Origin: an uncultured Nitrospinota bacterium
GTDB taxonomy: Bacteria; Tectomicrobia; Entotheonellia; J063; CAVPRW01
Assembly: GCA_963707985.1 (NCBI GenBank)
Contig: CAVPRW010000048.1
Span: 119,422 to 183,421 of the forward strand
DNA: 64,000 bases
Direction of reading: 5' to 3'
Shown here: piece after piece, positions 1-8,082 of the stretch
How positions within the stretch are numbered: the stretch's first letter is position 1
How the letters are laid out: every line of letters starts with the position of its first letter
The notes under the pieces: model-generated
The model's input: the letters and a program-made list of their open reading frames with translations, nothing else
Told to the model about the DNA's origin: nothing
Databases searched by the model: none
Program-made: the position numbers and the translations under genes

Positions 1-331
1 CGGAGGGAGCCCGCTGGCGAAAGTAGTCGCACTCTGCACGCTGACTCCTCACTTCCAGGGTCGGCGGCAGTGGCGAGGAAACTGGCAAGGCATTCACATC
101 TTGGAGTCGGTCATCGAAGAATCAGAATTGATGGTAAAGGGAGTCGGGGATCTTGAGGCGATAGCATTTGTCCTGCACCGACCGAGGCTACAGCAACTCC
201 TTGCGGTCATGACGCCCGGGACCGAATCTCGATTCGAAGACATAGGGTACTCGAAAGGGGTGGTTCTGACTGTCGATTCACTCGGAGCACTCCTGAAGGG
301 CGAAGGTATCGAAGATGGAGCTTGGCTCTGA
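1..331 (+). CDS. C-terminal part of a hypothetical cassette protein
   Basis: The frame of ORF 101-331 is open from position 2; an attC site follows. Confidence 0.5.
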   Translation, partial: GGSPLAKVVALCTLTPHFQGRRQWRGNWQGIHILESVIEESELMVKGVGDLEAIAFVLHRPRLQQLLAVMTPGTESRFEDIGYSKGVVLTVDSLGALLKGEGIEDGAWL

Positions 332-410
332 GACAAATAATAGAGGAGGCACAGTACTCTCACCCGGATGGGTTTTGTCGTGGTGTCTAGTGCTCAAGAG
401 GGGTGGTCCA

Positions 411-498
411 GCCGAACTAGGCGCTGCACCTGACTGCCTCCAGCGCTCGCTCCTGCGTCGCTTCCGCTTCCGGCAGCAGGTGAGCGCTAGCGTTAGAA
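411..498 (+). repeat. attC site
   Basis: GCCGAAC...GTTAGAA ends; GCGCTgCACCTG pairs with CAGGTGAGCGC leaving an extrahelical G. Confidence 0.85.
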
Positions 499-580
499 GC
501 TGCAGGTTCAACAGACGAAGCCATATACAGAGCCATATTTTGATATGGTGCTTAGCCTTCTCATCTGCTAGTCTTGTCCC

Positions 581-871
581 ATGAGCACGGCAAGCTTCGC
601 ATGGGACGTCGAGAAAGACCTCGAAAATCAAGCCAAGCACGGTGTGTCGTTCGCACAGGCGCAATACGCCTTCGCGGATTCCCAACGTGTCATTGCTGAA
701 GACCTCTCCCATAGTCAGACCGAACAACGATACTACTGCTTCGGGGCCGTGGGGGAAGGGATTCTCACGGTCCGATTTACATACCGTCGGGGGATCATAC
801 GCATCTTCGGCGCCGGCTATTGGCGGAAAGGCAGGCAAATCTATGAACGCGAAAATCAGATACACCGATGA
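581..871 (+). CDS. BrnT family toxin
   Basis: FAWDVEK..NQAKHGVSF..A..AF.D and HSQTEQRY..ILTVRFTYR..IRIF motifs. Confidence 0.85.
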   Translation: MSTASFAWDVEKDLENQAKHGVSFAQAQYAFADSQRVIAEDLSHSQTEQRYYCFGAVGEGILTVRFTYRRGIIRIFGAGYWRKGRQIYERENQIHR

Positions 872-1124
872 ACCCTTGGGGGACCTGAGAGTCATTCCTG
901 ATTTTTTACCGGCTCCGGAAGAGCTGGTGTTTCAGGATGATACGGTGAAAATTACCATTACCCTGAGTCGATCGAGTGTGGAGTTCTTCAAGCGTGAGGC
1001 AAAGAAGCATCATACCCAGTACCAAAAGATGATTCGTCGTCTCCTCGACGTCTATACGGAGAAGCATCAGCAGCCTCTAACAAAGCGCTCCACCGGACGC
1101 GGCACACAGCCGCCGCGCCAGTGA
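843..1124 (+). CDS. BrnA/CopG-like antitoxin
   Basis: MNAKIRYTDEP..DFLPAPEEL..KITITL..YQKMIRRLL; overlaps the toxin; the C-terminus runs into attC. Confidence 0.8.
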   Translation: MNAKIRYTDEPLGDLRVIPDFLPAPEELVFQDDTVKITITLSRSSVEFFKREAKKHHTQYQKMIRRLLDVYTEKHQQPLTKRSTGRGTQPPRQ

Positions 1125-1139
1125 GCTTTCGCGTTGGAC
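1075..1139 (+). repeat. attC site
   Basis: CTCTAAC...GTTGGAC with an internal imperfect palindrome. Confidence 0.8.
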
Positions 1140-1172
1140 GCACCTATAGGGCCGAAAAAGATCGATTGAGAT

Positions 1173-1742
1173 ATGGCGACATCAAGCGACTACGAACAGT
1201 TCATCTATGGCATATGTCGAGTCATCGGAGAACCAGACGGAATTATTGTCCATCGCAACAAGGCATACACCGGTCGATTGTCTGGTCGGAAAATCAGGGT
1301 GGATGTATCCTTCGAGGGACAGTTGCTCGGTGCTCACATCCTTGGTCTTGTGGAATGCAAATGTTACAAGAGCCGTGTTGAGGTGAGCGACGTGGAGGAA
1401 TTTCACTCTAAGCTGGACGACATTGGCGCTCATAAGGGCATCATGTTTACGACGGTGGGGTACGAAGCCGGTGCCAAGAAAGTGGCGAAGGGGCGAGGTA
1501 TCGCTCTCTTTACATTGCGGGAAGGCCAGGAGCCAGGAGAACTTCGAGTCGAGATGAAGTCGGCGAACCGGCCCGCTGCGTCTACCTTCCTCAGGGGCAA
1601 CTTCCTTCCGTGGGGGCAGTTTTCAGAACCAGGGGATGAGATTGGTTATCGTGTGGAATCGGCAAACGAGCTTTTCTATCTCCTGGCCTTCAGTGAAGAT
1701 GAGAGATTTGAAGAACTGGCGCGCCAGCAGGGACAGGGATAG
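1173..1742 (+). CDS. Mrr-like restriction endonuclease (PD-(D/E)xK)
   Basis: VDV..LVECKCY..VEVSDVEEF..DIGAHKGIMFTTVGY. Confidence 0.8.
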   Translation: MATSSDYEQFIYGICRVIGEPDGIIVHRNKAYTGRLSGRKIRVDVSFEGQLLGAHILGLVECKCYKSRVEVSDVEEFHSKLDDIGAHKGIMFTTVGYEAGAKKVAKGRGIALFTLREGQEPGELRVEMKSANRPAASTFLRGNFLPWGQFSEPGDEIGYRVESANELFYLLAFSEDERFEELARQQGQG

Positions 1743-1775
1743 CACCCACTCCCCAGGTTAATGGGTGATGAGGGC

Positions 1776-1839
1776 GTCCAACAAGCGCATGCAGCCGACG
1801 CGCAACAAGCCGCGCGCGGCTGATGCCTGAGCGTTCGGC
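1776..1839 (+). repeat. attC site
   Basis: GTCCAAC...GTTCGGC; GCATgCAGCCG/CGGCTGATGC stem. Confidence 0.85.
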
Positions 1840-1929
1840 TTTTTCCTCTCTCTAAGATGGTCCAGACACCAGAGCTAAAATCCGGTATTATGATCCAAAC
1901 AAACCCGATCTCTCGAGAAGCTGTGGACC

Positions 1930-2424
1930 ATGGATACCTTAGATACAGGCAGCGCAAAGGCCACCGTCTATATCGAAACGAGCCTCGTCAGTTATCTCAC
2001 GGCACGAGCAAGCCGTGATTTGCTCGTAGCCGCCCATCAGCACCTCACTGCGGCGTGGTGGGACCACCAGCGGCCACGCTACGAACTCTTCACCTCTCAA
2101 GTGGTGTTGGTGGAGGCAAGCGCGGGCGATCCAGAGGCCGCCCAACGACGCCTCACCGCACTCGAACCTCTCCCGCTCTTGGACGTGACGGATGCGGCGA
2201 TTGCGCTCGCCGCGACGCTCATCACCGGACAGGCGCTACCAGCCCAAGCTGCCCAAGATGCACTCCACCTCGCCATTGCCTGCGTCCACGGGATGGAGTA
2301 TCTCCTGACGTGGAACTGCACGCATCTGGCGAATGCGCGGTTACGGAATCGCATCGAACAGGTCTGTCGCGAGGCAGGCTATGCCCCGCCGATTATTTGT
2401 ACCCCAGAAGAACTTGAGGGCTAA
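1930..2424 (+). CDS. PIN-domain (VapC-like) toxin
   Basis: VYIETS.VSYL..DALHLAIA..YLLTWNC.HLAN..ICTPEEL. Confidence 0.85.
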   Translation: MDTLDTGSAKATVYIETSLVSYLTARASRDLLVAAHQHLTAAWWDHQRPRYELFTSQVVLVEASAGDPEAAQRRLTALEPLPLLDVTDAAIALAATLITGQALPAQAAQDALHLAIACVHGMEYLLTWNCTHLANARLRNRIEQVCREAGYAPPIICTPEELEG

Positions 2425-2427
2425 CCC

Positions 2428-2625
2428 ATGTGGCAAGACCCCATTGTCGAGGAAATTCACAAAATTCGTGAGGCACTAGCGGCCAAATTCCAGTATGACG
2501 TGCAGGCGTTAGGGAAGTTTTTCCAAGCGCAGCAGGCCACAGAGCACCGCGTGGTGGTGACCCGTGCCCCACGACGTGTGCCAGAAGCCATCCAAGGCCC
2601 GACGTCCACGCCAGACCAAGCCTAA
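2428..2625 (+). CDS. Small putative antitoxin partner of the PIN protein
   Basis: MWQDPIVEEIHKIRE N-terminus; 3 bp after the PIN gene; stop codon lies in attC. Confidence 0.6.
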   Translation: MWQDPIVEEIHKIREALAAKFQYDVQALGKFFQAQQATEHRVVVTRAPRRVPEAIQGPTSTPDQA

Positions 2626-2701
2626 CCATCGCGTGCAGGCGACGGCAAACAGCGTCCGCTGCGCTCCCGCTGTCTGCCGCGCCTGACGCCGGGCGTTCGG
2701 C
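2620..2701 (+). repeat. attC site
   Basis: GCCTAAC...GTTCGGC; GCGTgCAGGCG/CGCCTGACGC stem. Confidence 0.85.
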
Positions 2702-2770
2702 TACCAACGACTGGTCACAATGTATCACATGTTCGACTGTTGCGGACACAAGCCGGAGGTCAAAACCGTG

Positions 2771-3694
2771 ATGAAACAACTGACCATCTTGATTGGTGGG
2801 GCCACTGGTTTCGTCGGGAACCAGCTCGTGGCCCATCTGTCAACGCACTATCCGCAGGTGCAGGTGCGGGCGTTGACGCGGACGCCGGAGTCGGACACCG
2901 CACGCCACTTCGCGGCACTACCCGGGGTCACGGTGGTCCAGGGCAACTATGGGGATGTGCGATCGCTGGAGGCTGCCGCAGAGGGGGCAGACCGCGCCTA
3001 CGTGGCCTGTAACAATGTGGCAGAGCAGCGCCGATTTGAGTGTAACTTCATTGATGCGTGCCAGGTCCAAGGGGTGCGTCGGATTGCCAAAATCTCGACC
3101 TTCCGCTCTTTTTGTCGGGCTGATGGGCCGGGGCACGGGGCCGCGCATTATCACATTGCACAGCACCTGCACCACAGTGGAGTCGACCATGTGATCCTCC
3201 ACCCCGCCTATTATTTCCAGAGCCTCCTCTACTTCACGCAGCCGATCAAGACGGCCGGGATACTCCCCCAATTGCTGGGGGACATGCAGCTCAATATGGT
3301 GGATTGCCGCGATGTGTCCCAGTGTGCTGCCGCCTTGTTGACGTGTGATGAGGAGACGTTTGCGCCCTTTAATGGCCACCATGTCGAGATTGCTGGCCCA
3401 GAGACATTAGGCGGCGAAGACTGGGCCGAAGCCCTGCGCCATGCCGGCGTCACGGTGCGGTAGGCAAAAGTCGCTCCCGACGCGTTTCAGCAAGGACTCC
3501 GCAGTGTCGGAGTGCCAGAGGATATGGCCGCCAACATCACCGCCTTTCACACATGCTTCTATGATGGGTCAGCCCAAGTTGCGGAGCATGCCACCAGCCC
3601 TGGCTTGGAGGGCCTCCCAGGCGTGCCAGTACGTTGGCGTCGGTTCGCAGCGTTCGTGACGGAAGTGGCACCAATGTTCCAACCCGCACAGTGA
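2771..3694 (+). pseudogene. NmrA-like NAD(P)-binding protein with an in-frame TAG at 3461-3463
   Basis: GATGFVG Rossmann motif; VRALTR; VDCRDV; the same frame continues to 3694. Confidence 0.7.
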
Positions 3695-3767
3695 GGCCTT
3701 GAGGCGTTGGGAACATCATGAGAGACTCAAAGTAACTGATATGCTGAGCCTTACTTGCCAAGGCAGC

Positions 3768-3855
3768 GCCGAACAAAGCGCTGCAGCCGATGCCCTACAG
3801 CGTCCGCTCGTGCCTCGCTTCCGCTTCCAGCAGCAGGTGACGCCTGGCGTTCGGC
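3768..3855 (+). repeat. attC site (arms poorly matched)
   Basis: GCCGAAC AAAGCGCTGCAGCCG...CAGGTGACGCCTGGC GTTCGGC. Confidence 0.75.
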
Positions 3856-3877
3856 GGCATAAACAAGGAGAGTTCTA

Positions 3878-6196
3878 ATGCCTATAACTCCATCTGATTT
3901 AACTCCGGAGGTCCGTCACATCCTCGACAAGCCAGCGCGAGAAGGTGCATGCCACAGCGAGCAGCCGGTTTGCCTACCCGACCCGCGCGTAACGGCCCAG
4001 TTGACAACGGAAAAGCCAGAACGACAAGTCGCCCCGTGGCGGATAGGTAATGCCTGCAAGGGCGATCTAATCATATGCCCTGGGGGCCCTGCCGGAATGA
4101 TCGGCGGGCTGCTGTCGCAGATCGACCCGCCGCAGTACTACGACCATGTGGGGATCATGACCGCCGACGAGGTTGAAATTCGCCAAGCGGCTGCAATTGG
4201 GGATCGCGTCGAGAAGTTCTACAACGGCAGCATCCTGGGTTTGGATGATGCACCGACCGATGGCATTCAGGAGAACGCTTTGCGGTTCCTCTGGCCTGGA
4301 ACTTTAACCCAGTCGGCGGAACGAGCATACCAAATCTGGCACGGCATGGGCAACCATGTCGCTAACGGCCAGGACGCGTTAGGCAACAAGGTTCTCGATG
4401 ATGCTTGGAAAGTCAAGGACAACGAGAGCGGTGAATCGTTTTTTGTAAACACCCTCACCTGCGGCCCAGTGCGCATGATCGTTCGTGGTGTCTGGACAAA
4501 CGTCTATCCGCTGGTGGTCAAACCTTGCCCGCTCCTGGAGACCCCAGCTGTGCGGGCTGCTCTCCATCGTGTCGCCGACGCTGCCAAGGAGCTGCGCGGG
4601 TACTATAGCTTCTTCGTCTACACTCACGCCGCCGCCGGCCTCGACTCATGGAAAGTTGGCCCACCGATGCTCGAGGCGGAGAAGCCCGACCCGGCCAGCT
4701 CATGTATTGGGGTCAAGCCGCTGGTCCGTGTCCGCGCCGGCGATACCATCCCGATGGTCTGTTCGGCGTTCATCTGGCTCGCCGTCCACCTCGTTAACGA
4801 CCGGGCCGCGACGGCGAATCCGCCCTACCCACGGATCATCCTCGATGGTCGGCCGCAATTGTATCACTTCGACGCCGGGGGTGATTATGGTCGGGGCATG
4901 TGCAACAGCTTCTTCCCACGCATGCCGGCCATTGACAAGATCAACTCGCAGACTCCTGACGGGCTGTACTTCTACAGCAAGGAGGAGCGAGCAAAAGCGG
5001 CTAAATGGCTATATGACTATGAAGTGAAGAAAGTCAGGGATAAGCTCGACGAGGAACTGCCCGGACTGCTCGCCAGCTTGGGGATCGGGGTGGGCGTGGG
5101 TTTGACGGTGCAGAAACTCCTTGCCCTGCTCACGAGCTGGAACGCCGGGGCCGTGGCTGTGCTGCTGGGCTTCACCCCTTTGTTTCTGGAAGAGCTGATC
5201 GTGCTGATCTCCGACATGCCCGACGACCTGGCCAATCAGATCTGCAACGCCTTCGCGTTCGACAGGTGCGAGACCACCGCTAAAGACGACGACAACTGGA
5301 AGAACCCTGGCGTGCGGTATGCAGTCAGTCCGGACAACATCATCAACTCCTGGGCACCTCCCACCCCGCACGAAGACCCCGCAGTGCTCCATGGACTATA
5401 TGGCTACAATCAGCGGTTGATCCCCAGAATGCCGGAGTTTGTACGCAATCCACCGCCCCCGAGCACCTGGCAGATTTCGCAGGGATTTGTGCCTGTGAGA
5501 CGTGGCCGAGTATTGTTCCAAGGGAAGGGCGTTCATGGTGCTTCTGTGCGGGTTGGGTGCGTTCAGTTCATGACTGGTCCAGATGGCTTCTTTCCACAAG
5601 GACAGCAGATGCCCTCCGGTCGCTACTGGGCCGTCGCAAAATACGTGCACCCAAAGACTGGCTTTTTGCTGGAGTCGAAGGGCGAGGCAGTGACTGTGCC
5701 GGATGTCGGGGGAGTAGAGCTGGAGTTAGGTCTGCAAGAGCCGCCCGATACGCGTCGCGAGGTGCTGATTGAAGGAAAGATGGATTTGGTCAACCGTTAT
5801 GCGATCGGCGAGGACTGGTGGGCACACCCGCAGTTTGTGTTGGAACCAGCGCTGATCGGCCTCGACTACTTCCCCGACGAGCCCGAATTCGCTGAGCAGC
5901 GCAAGGCCAGCATGGCCCAGCCACGGGGCCGAGGGGAGCAAGTCGACGACTGGGGACACGCCGAGCTGCAGTGTGTCCTCGAGATTCAGAACGATCGATC
6001 AATCAAGGTCACGTACAAGGTGCGGCTGAACGCAGGGGATGATGACTGGCAGGAGGAGGCAACTTTCTTCGTACCGCCGAAGGCAGATAACGCCAATCCT
6101 GGCATGCCCAAAGTCATCGATTTGGTGCGGTCGGAAATGGCCTGGCCGGTCCGAGCGCACATCGAATTCACGGTGCATAATAACCGCGCGTCGTAG
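3878..6196 (+). CDS. Large hypothetical protein, possible permuted papain-like (NlpC/P60) domain
   Basis: 772 aa, GGAG RBS; GDLIIC..YDHVGIM..MVCSAFIW; central hydrophobic segment. Confidence 0.6.
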   Translation: MPITPSDLTPEVRHILDKPAREGACHSEQPVCLPDPRVTAQLTTEKPERQVAPWRIGNACKGDLIICPGGPAGMIGGLLSQIDPPQYYDHVGIMTADEVEIRQAAAIGDRVEKFYNGSILGLDDAPTDGIQENALRFLWPGTLTQSAERAYQIWHGMGNHVANGQDALGNKVLDDAWKVKDNESGESFFVNTLTCGPVRMIVRGVWTNVYPLVVKPCPLLETPAVRAALHRVADAAKELRGYYSFFVYTHAAAGLDSWKVGPPMLEAEKPDPASSCIGVKPLVRVRAGDTIPMVCSAFIWLAVHLVNDRAATANPPYPRIILDGRPQLYHFDAGGDYGRGMCNSFFPRMPAIDKINSQTPDGLYFYSKEERAKAAKWLYDYEVKKVRDKLDEELPGLLASLGIGVGVGLTVQKLLALLTSWNAGAVAVLLGFTPLFLEELIVLISDMPDDLANQICNAFAFDRCETTAKDDDNWKNPGVRYAVSPDNIINSWAPPTPHEDPAVLHGLYGYNQRLIPRMPEFVRNPPPPSTWQISQGFVPVRRGRVLFQGKGVHGASVRVGCVQFMTGPDGFFPQGQQMPSGRYWAVAKYVHPKTGFLLESKGEAVTVPDVGGVELELGLQEPPDTRREVLIEGKMDLVNRYAIGEDWWAHPQFVLEPALIGLDYFPDEPEFAEQRKASMAQPRGRGEQVDDWGHAELQCVLEIQNDRSIKVTYKVRLNAGDDDWQEEATFFVPPKADNANPGMPKVIDLVRSEMAWPVRAHIEFTVHNNRAS

Positions 6197-6219
6197 AGCT
6201 GTCCCCGGCGTACACAACT

Positions 6220-7134
6220 GCCCAACAAGGGTTTGCTCGCGCCAAGGTAAGCCCGAAACCTTGGAATTGGGTGAAAACCCATGAAATTGGTTGATGTTTC
6301 CCAGTGGGTGCGCACACCGTGCAAATCCCACCTGACGAACGTCTAGCCCACAGGTCAGGAGCGAAGCCGCGTGCCTCCCCGCAAGGGGCCGTACGGAGCC
6401 GGGTGTCGCGAGAAGGCAGGCCGCGTGATTGAGCCCCGACAGGTGTAGAGTCGTGGACAAGAGGATATCCTTCAGGGGGATCGAAGGGAAAGCCGACGGT
6501 TGGCAAGCGCCGGAAGGCAGCAGTCCTGGATGCATTAGGGCGAGTATCGAGGACACCACCGGGGTCTGAGAGCGGGGCATGTCTGCAGCGGGGGGACTCG
6601 GGCACGTGGGAGAGCCACCCGTCTCCTTGTACCAGTGCCGGAACAGGGGGAGCGGCGGACCACAGGCCCTGGCGTGGCCCGGGGGCTTCCACCGGGCGAC
6701 GAGCCGGAAACGGAGACCACGAACGTGGGAAGCCAGCAAGGGACTCGGGGTTGCGAGCGACCAGCGCAGCACCCCGAGACGGGCAGGGTGGCAGTCGTCG
6801 CGGCGCATCGTACCGAGGACGGTGGGGACGTGAGGCCCAAGCGACCCACGGGAGGGAAGGCGCCGTCGGGCAGAGCCTCCGCTGGTCGGAGACAGGGGAG
6901 AGACCTAGAGCTCACGAACCCTGACCACGGCAGGCCAGTGGACTGTGGAGCCAGGGCGACCTTGCGTGGGCAGCAGCCGCTCTGTCTGAGGAACCGTATG
7001 CGTGAATGGCGCACGTACGGATCTGTGGGGGGGCCGGATGGGTAACCATCGGCTCTACCCGGCAGCCGACGCCTTACAGCCTACGCTCCTACATCGCTCC
7101 GGCTTCCAGGCGCGGCTGAAACCTAGCATTCGGG
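6220..7134 (+). repeat. attC site split by a group II intron
   Basis: GCCCAAC AAGGGTTTGC | AGCCGAC...CGGCTGAAACCTAGC ATTCGGG rejoins into an attC. Confidence 0.75.
6237..7063 (+). mobile_element. ORF-less group II intron, copy 1
   Basis: D5-like GAACCGTATGCGTGAATGGCGCACGTACGGATC (6991-7023); D6-like hairpin with bulged A; no RT ORF; near-identical to 10690-11515. Confidence 0.85.
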
Positions 7135-7210
7135 CGGACATGCTGCGCACGTCCGCCCGAATGCGGCGCTCACTGCGTTCGCCGCCTGGTTCGGCCACGC
7201 GCTTCGCGCC

Positions 7211-7294
7211 GCCGAACCAAGCAGCTGCACCTGCCACGGCGGCCGTCAAGCCTGCGGCTCGCCGTCCCCCGCGCAGGTGAGCGCCGCATTAGGG
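7211..7294 (+). repeat. attC site with variant R' (ATTAGGG)
   Basis: GCCGAAC...GCTgCACCTG/CAGGTGAGC stem. Confidence 0.65.
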
Positions 7295-7324
7295 CTCAAC
7301 TAACAGTGCAAGGGAGGTTCGCAG

Positions 7325-7537
7325 GTGAAGGACCATTACACGGCCGTACTGAAGCAGAAAGGCGACTGGTGGATCGGCTGGATCGAGGAGGTTCCGGGGG
7401 TGAATTGTCAGGAGCGGTCGAAAGGGGACCTCATCGAAACGCTCCGGATCACCCTGCGTGAAGCCCTCGAATTCAACCGCCGAGAAGCACTCGACGCGGC
7501 GGGGGAGAGCTACGAGGAGCAAGAAATCGCCCTATGA
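7325..7537 (+). CDS. hicB: HicB family antitoxin
   Basis: YTAVLKQ..WWIGWIEEVPGVNCQ. Confidence 0.85.
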   Translation: MKDHYTAVLKQKGDWWIGWIEEVPGVNCQERSKGDLIETLRITLREALEFNRREALDAAGESYEEQEIAL

Positions 7538-7722
7538 AGCGCCGAGAGTTCCTTCGGCATCTCCGAGCCCATGGATGTCAGCTGTTGCGGGAGGGCGCCC
7601 GACACTCTTGGTGGCATAATCCCAGCCTGAACAAACGTTCCGCCGTGCCTCGCCACACTGACATTGACGAGGATCTCGCACGAAAGATTTGCCGAGACCT
7701 CGGAGTCCCTTGGATCCGTTGA
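7534..7722 (+). CDS. hicA: HicA family toxin
   Basis: HGC.LLREGARHSWW.NP..AVPRH.DI..LARKIC; ATGA overlap with hicB. Confidence 0.9.
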   Translation: MKRREFLRHLRAHGCQLLREGARHSWWHNPSLNKRSAVPRHTDIDEDLARKICRDLGVPWIR

Positions 7723-7723
7723 G

Positions 7724-8032
7724 CCCTAACAACACACTCCAGCGGACGGGGGGACAGCGGTGCGTTGCCGCTCGGCGGCCAAGTCATAAGGTTGGTGGTG
7801 GTGCGGCCCCCGCCGCTGAGCGTGGGCGATAAGCGGACCGCTCGCAAGGCTCGCTTGGGCTTTGCCCATCCGCTTATCGCCGGCTGTTGAGTGCTTCGCA
7901 CTCTAACGCCCTTGACTGGCTCCGCTCGCGCTCCGCCTATCAAGGGCGTTAGAGCCGACTGCGCTTCTCGCGTGGAAGACGCTCCGCGTTTCCCACGCTG
8001 CGAGGCTCGCGGCTCAACAGCCGGCGTTAGAT
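7724..8032 (+). repeat. attC plus nested palindromic gene-less module
   Basis: CCCTAAC start; inverted repeats 7825-7837/7869-7881, 7879-7891/8013-8025, 7901-7915/7940-7954; ends GTTAGAT. Confidence 0.7.
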
Positions 8033-8082
8033 TTCCAGGAATGAATTGACTCCAGAGTATCTGGCCGTTTGGGAGGACGAGA

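Noticed and set aside
5999..7045. Long ORFs on both strands over the intron copies (also 10554-11646)
   Set aside because: No RT motifs such as YADD; frames differ between copies because of an indel; typical GC-rich shadow ORFs
6237..7063. IS or MITE interpretation of the 826-nt repeat (IS1111-attC-like)
   Set aside because: No transposase or subterminal inverted repeats; D5/D6 and EBS1-IBS1 pairing fit a group II intron
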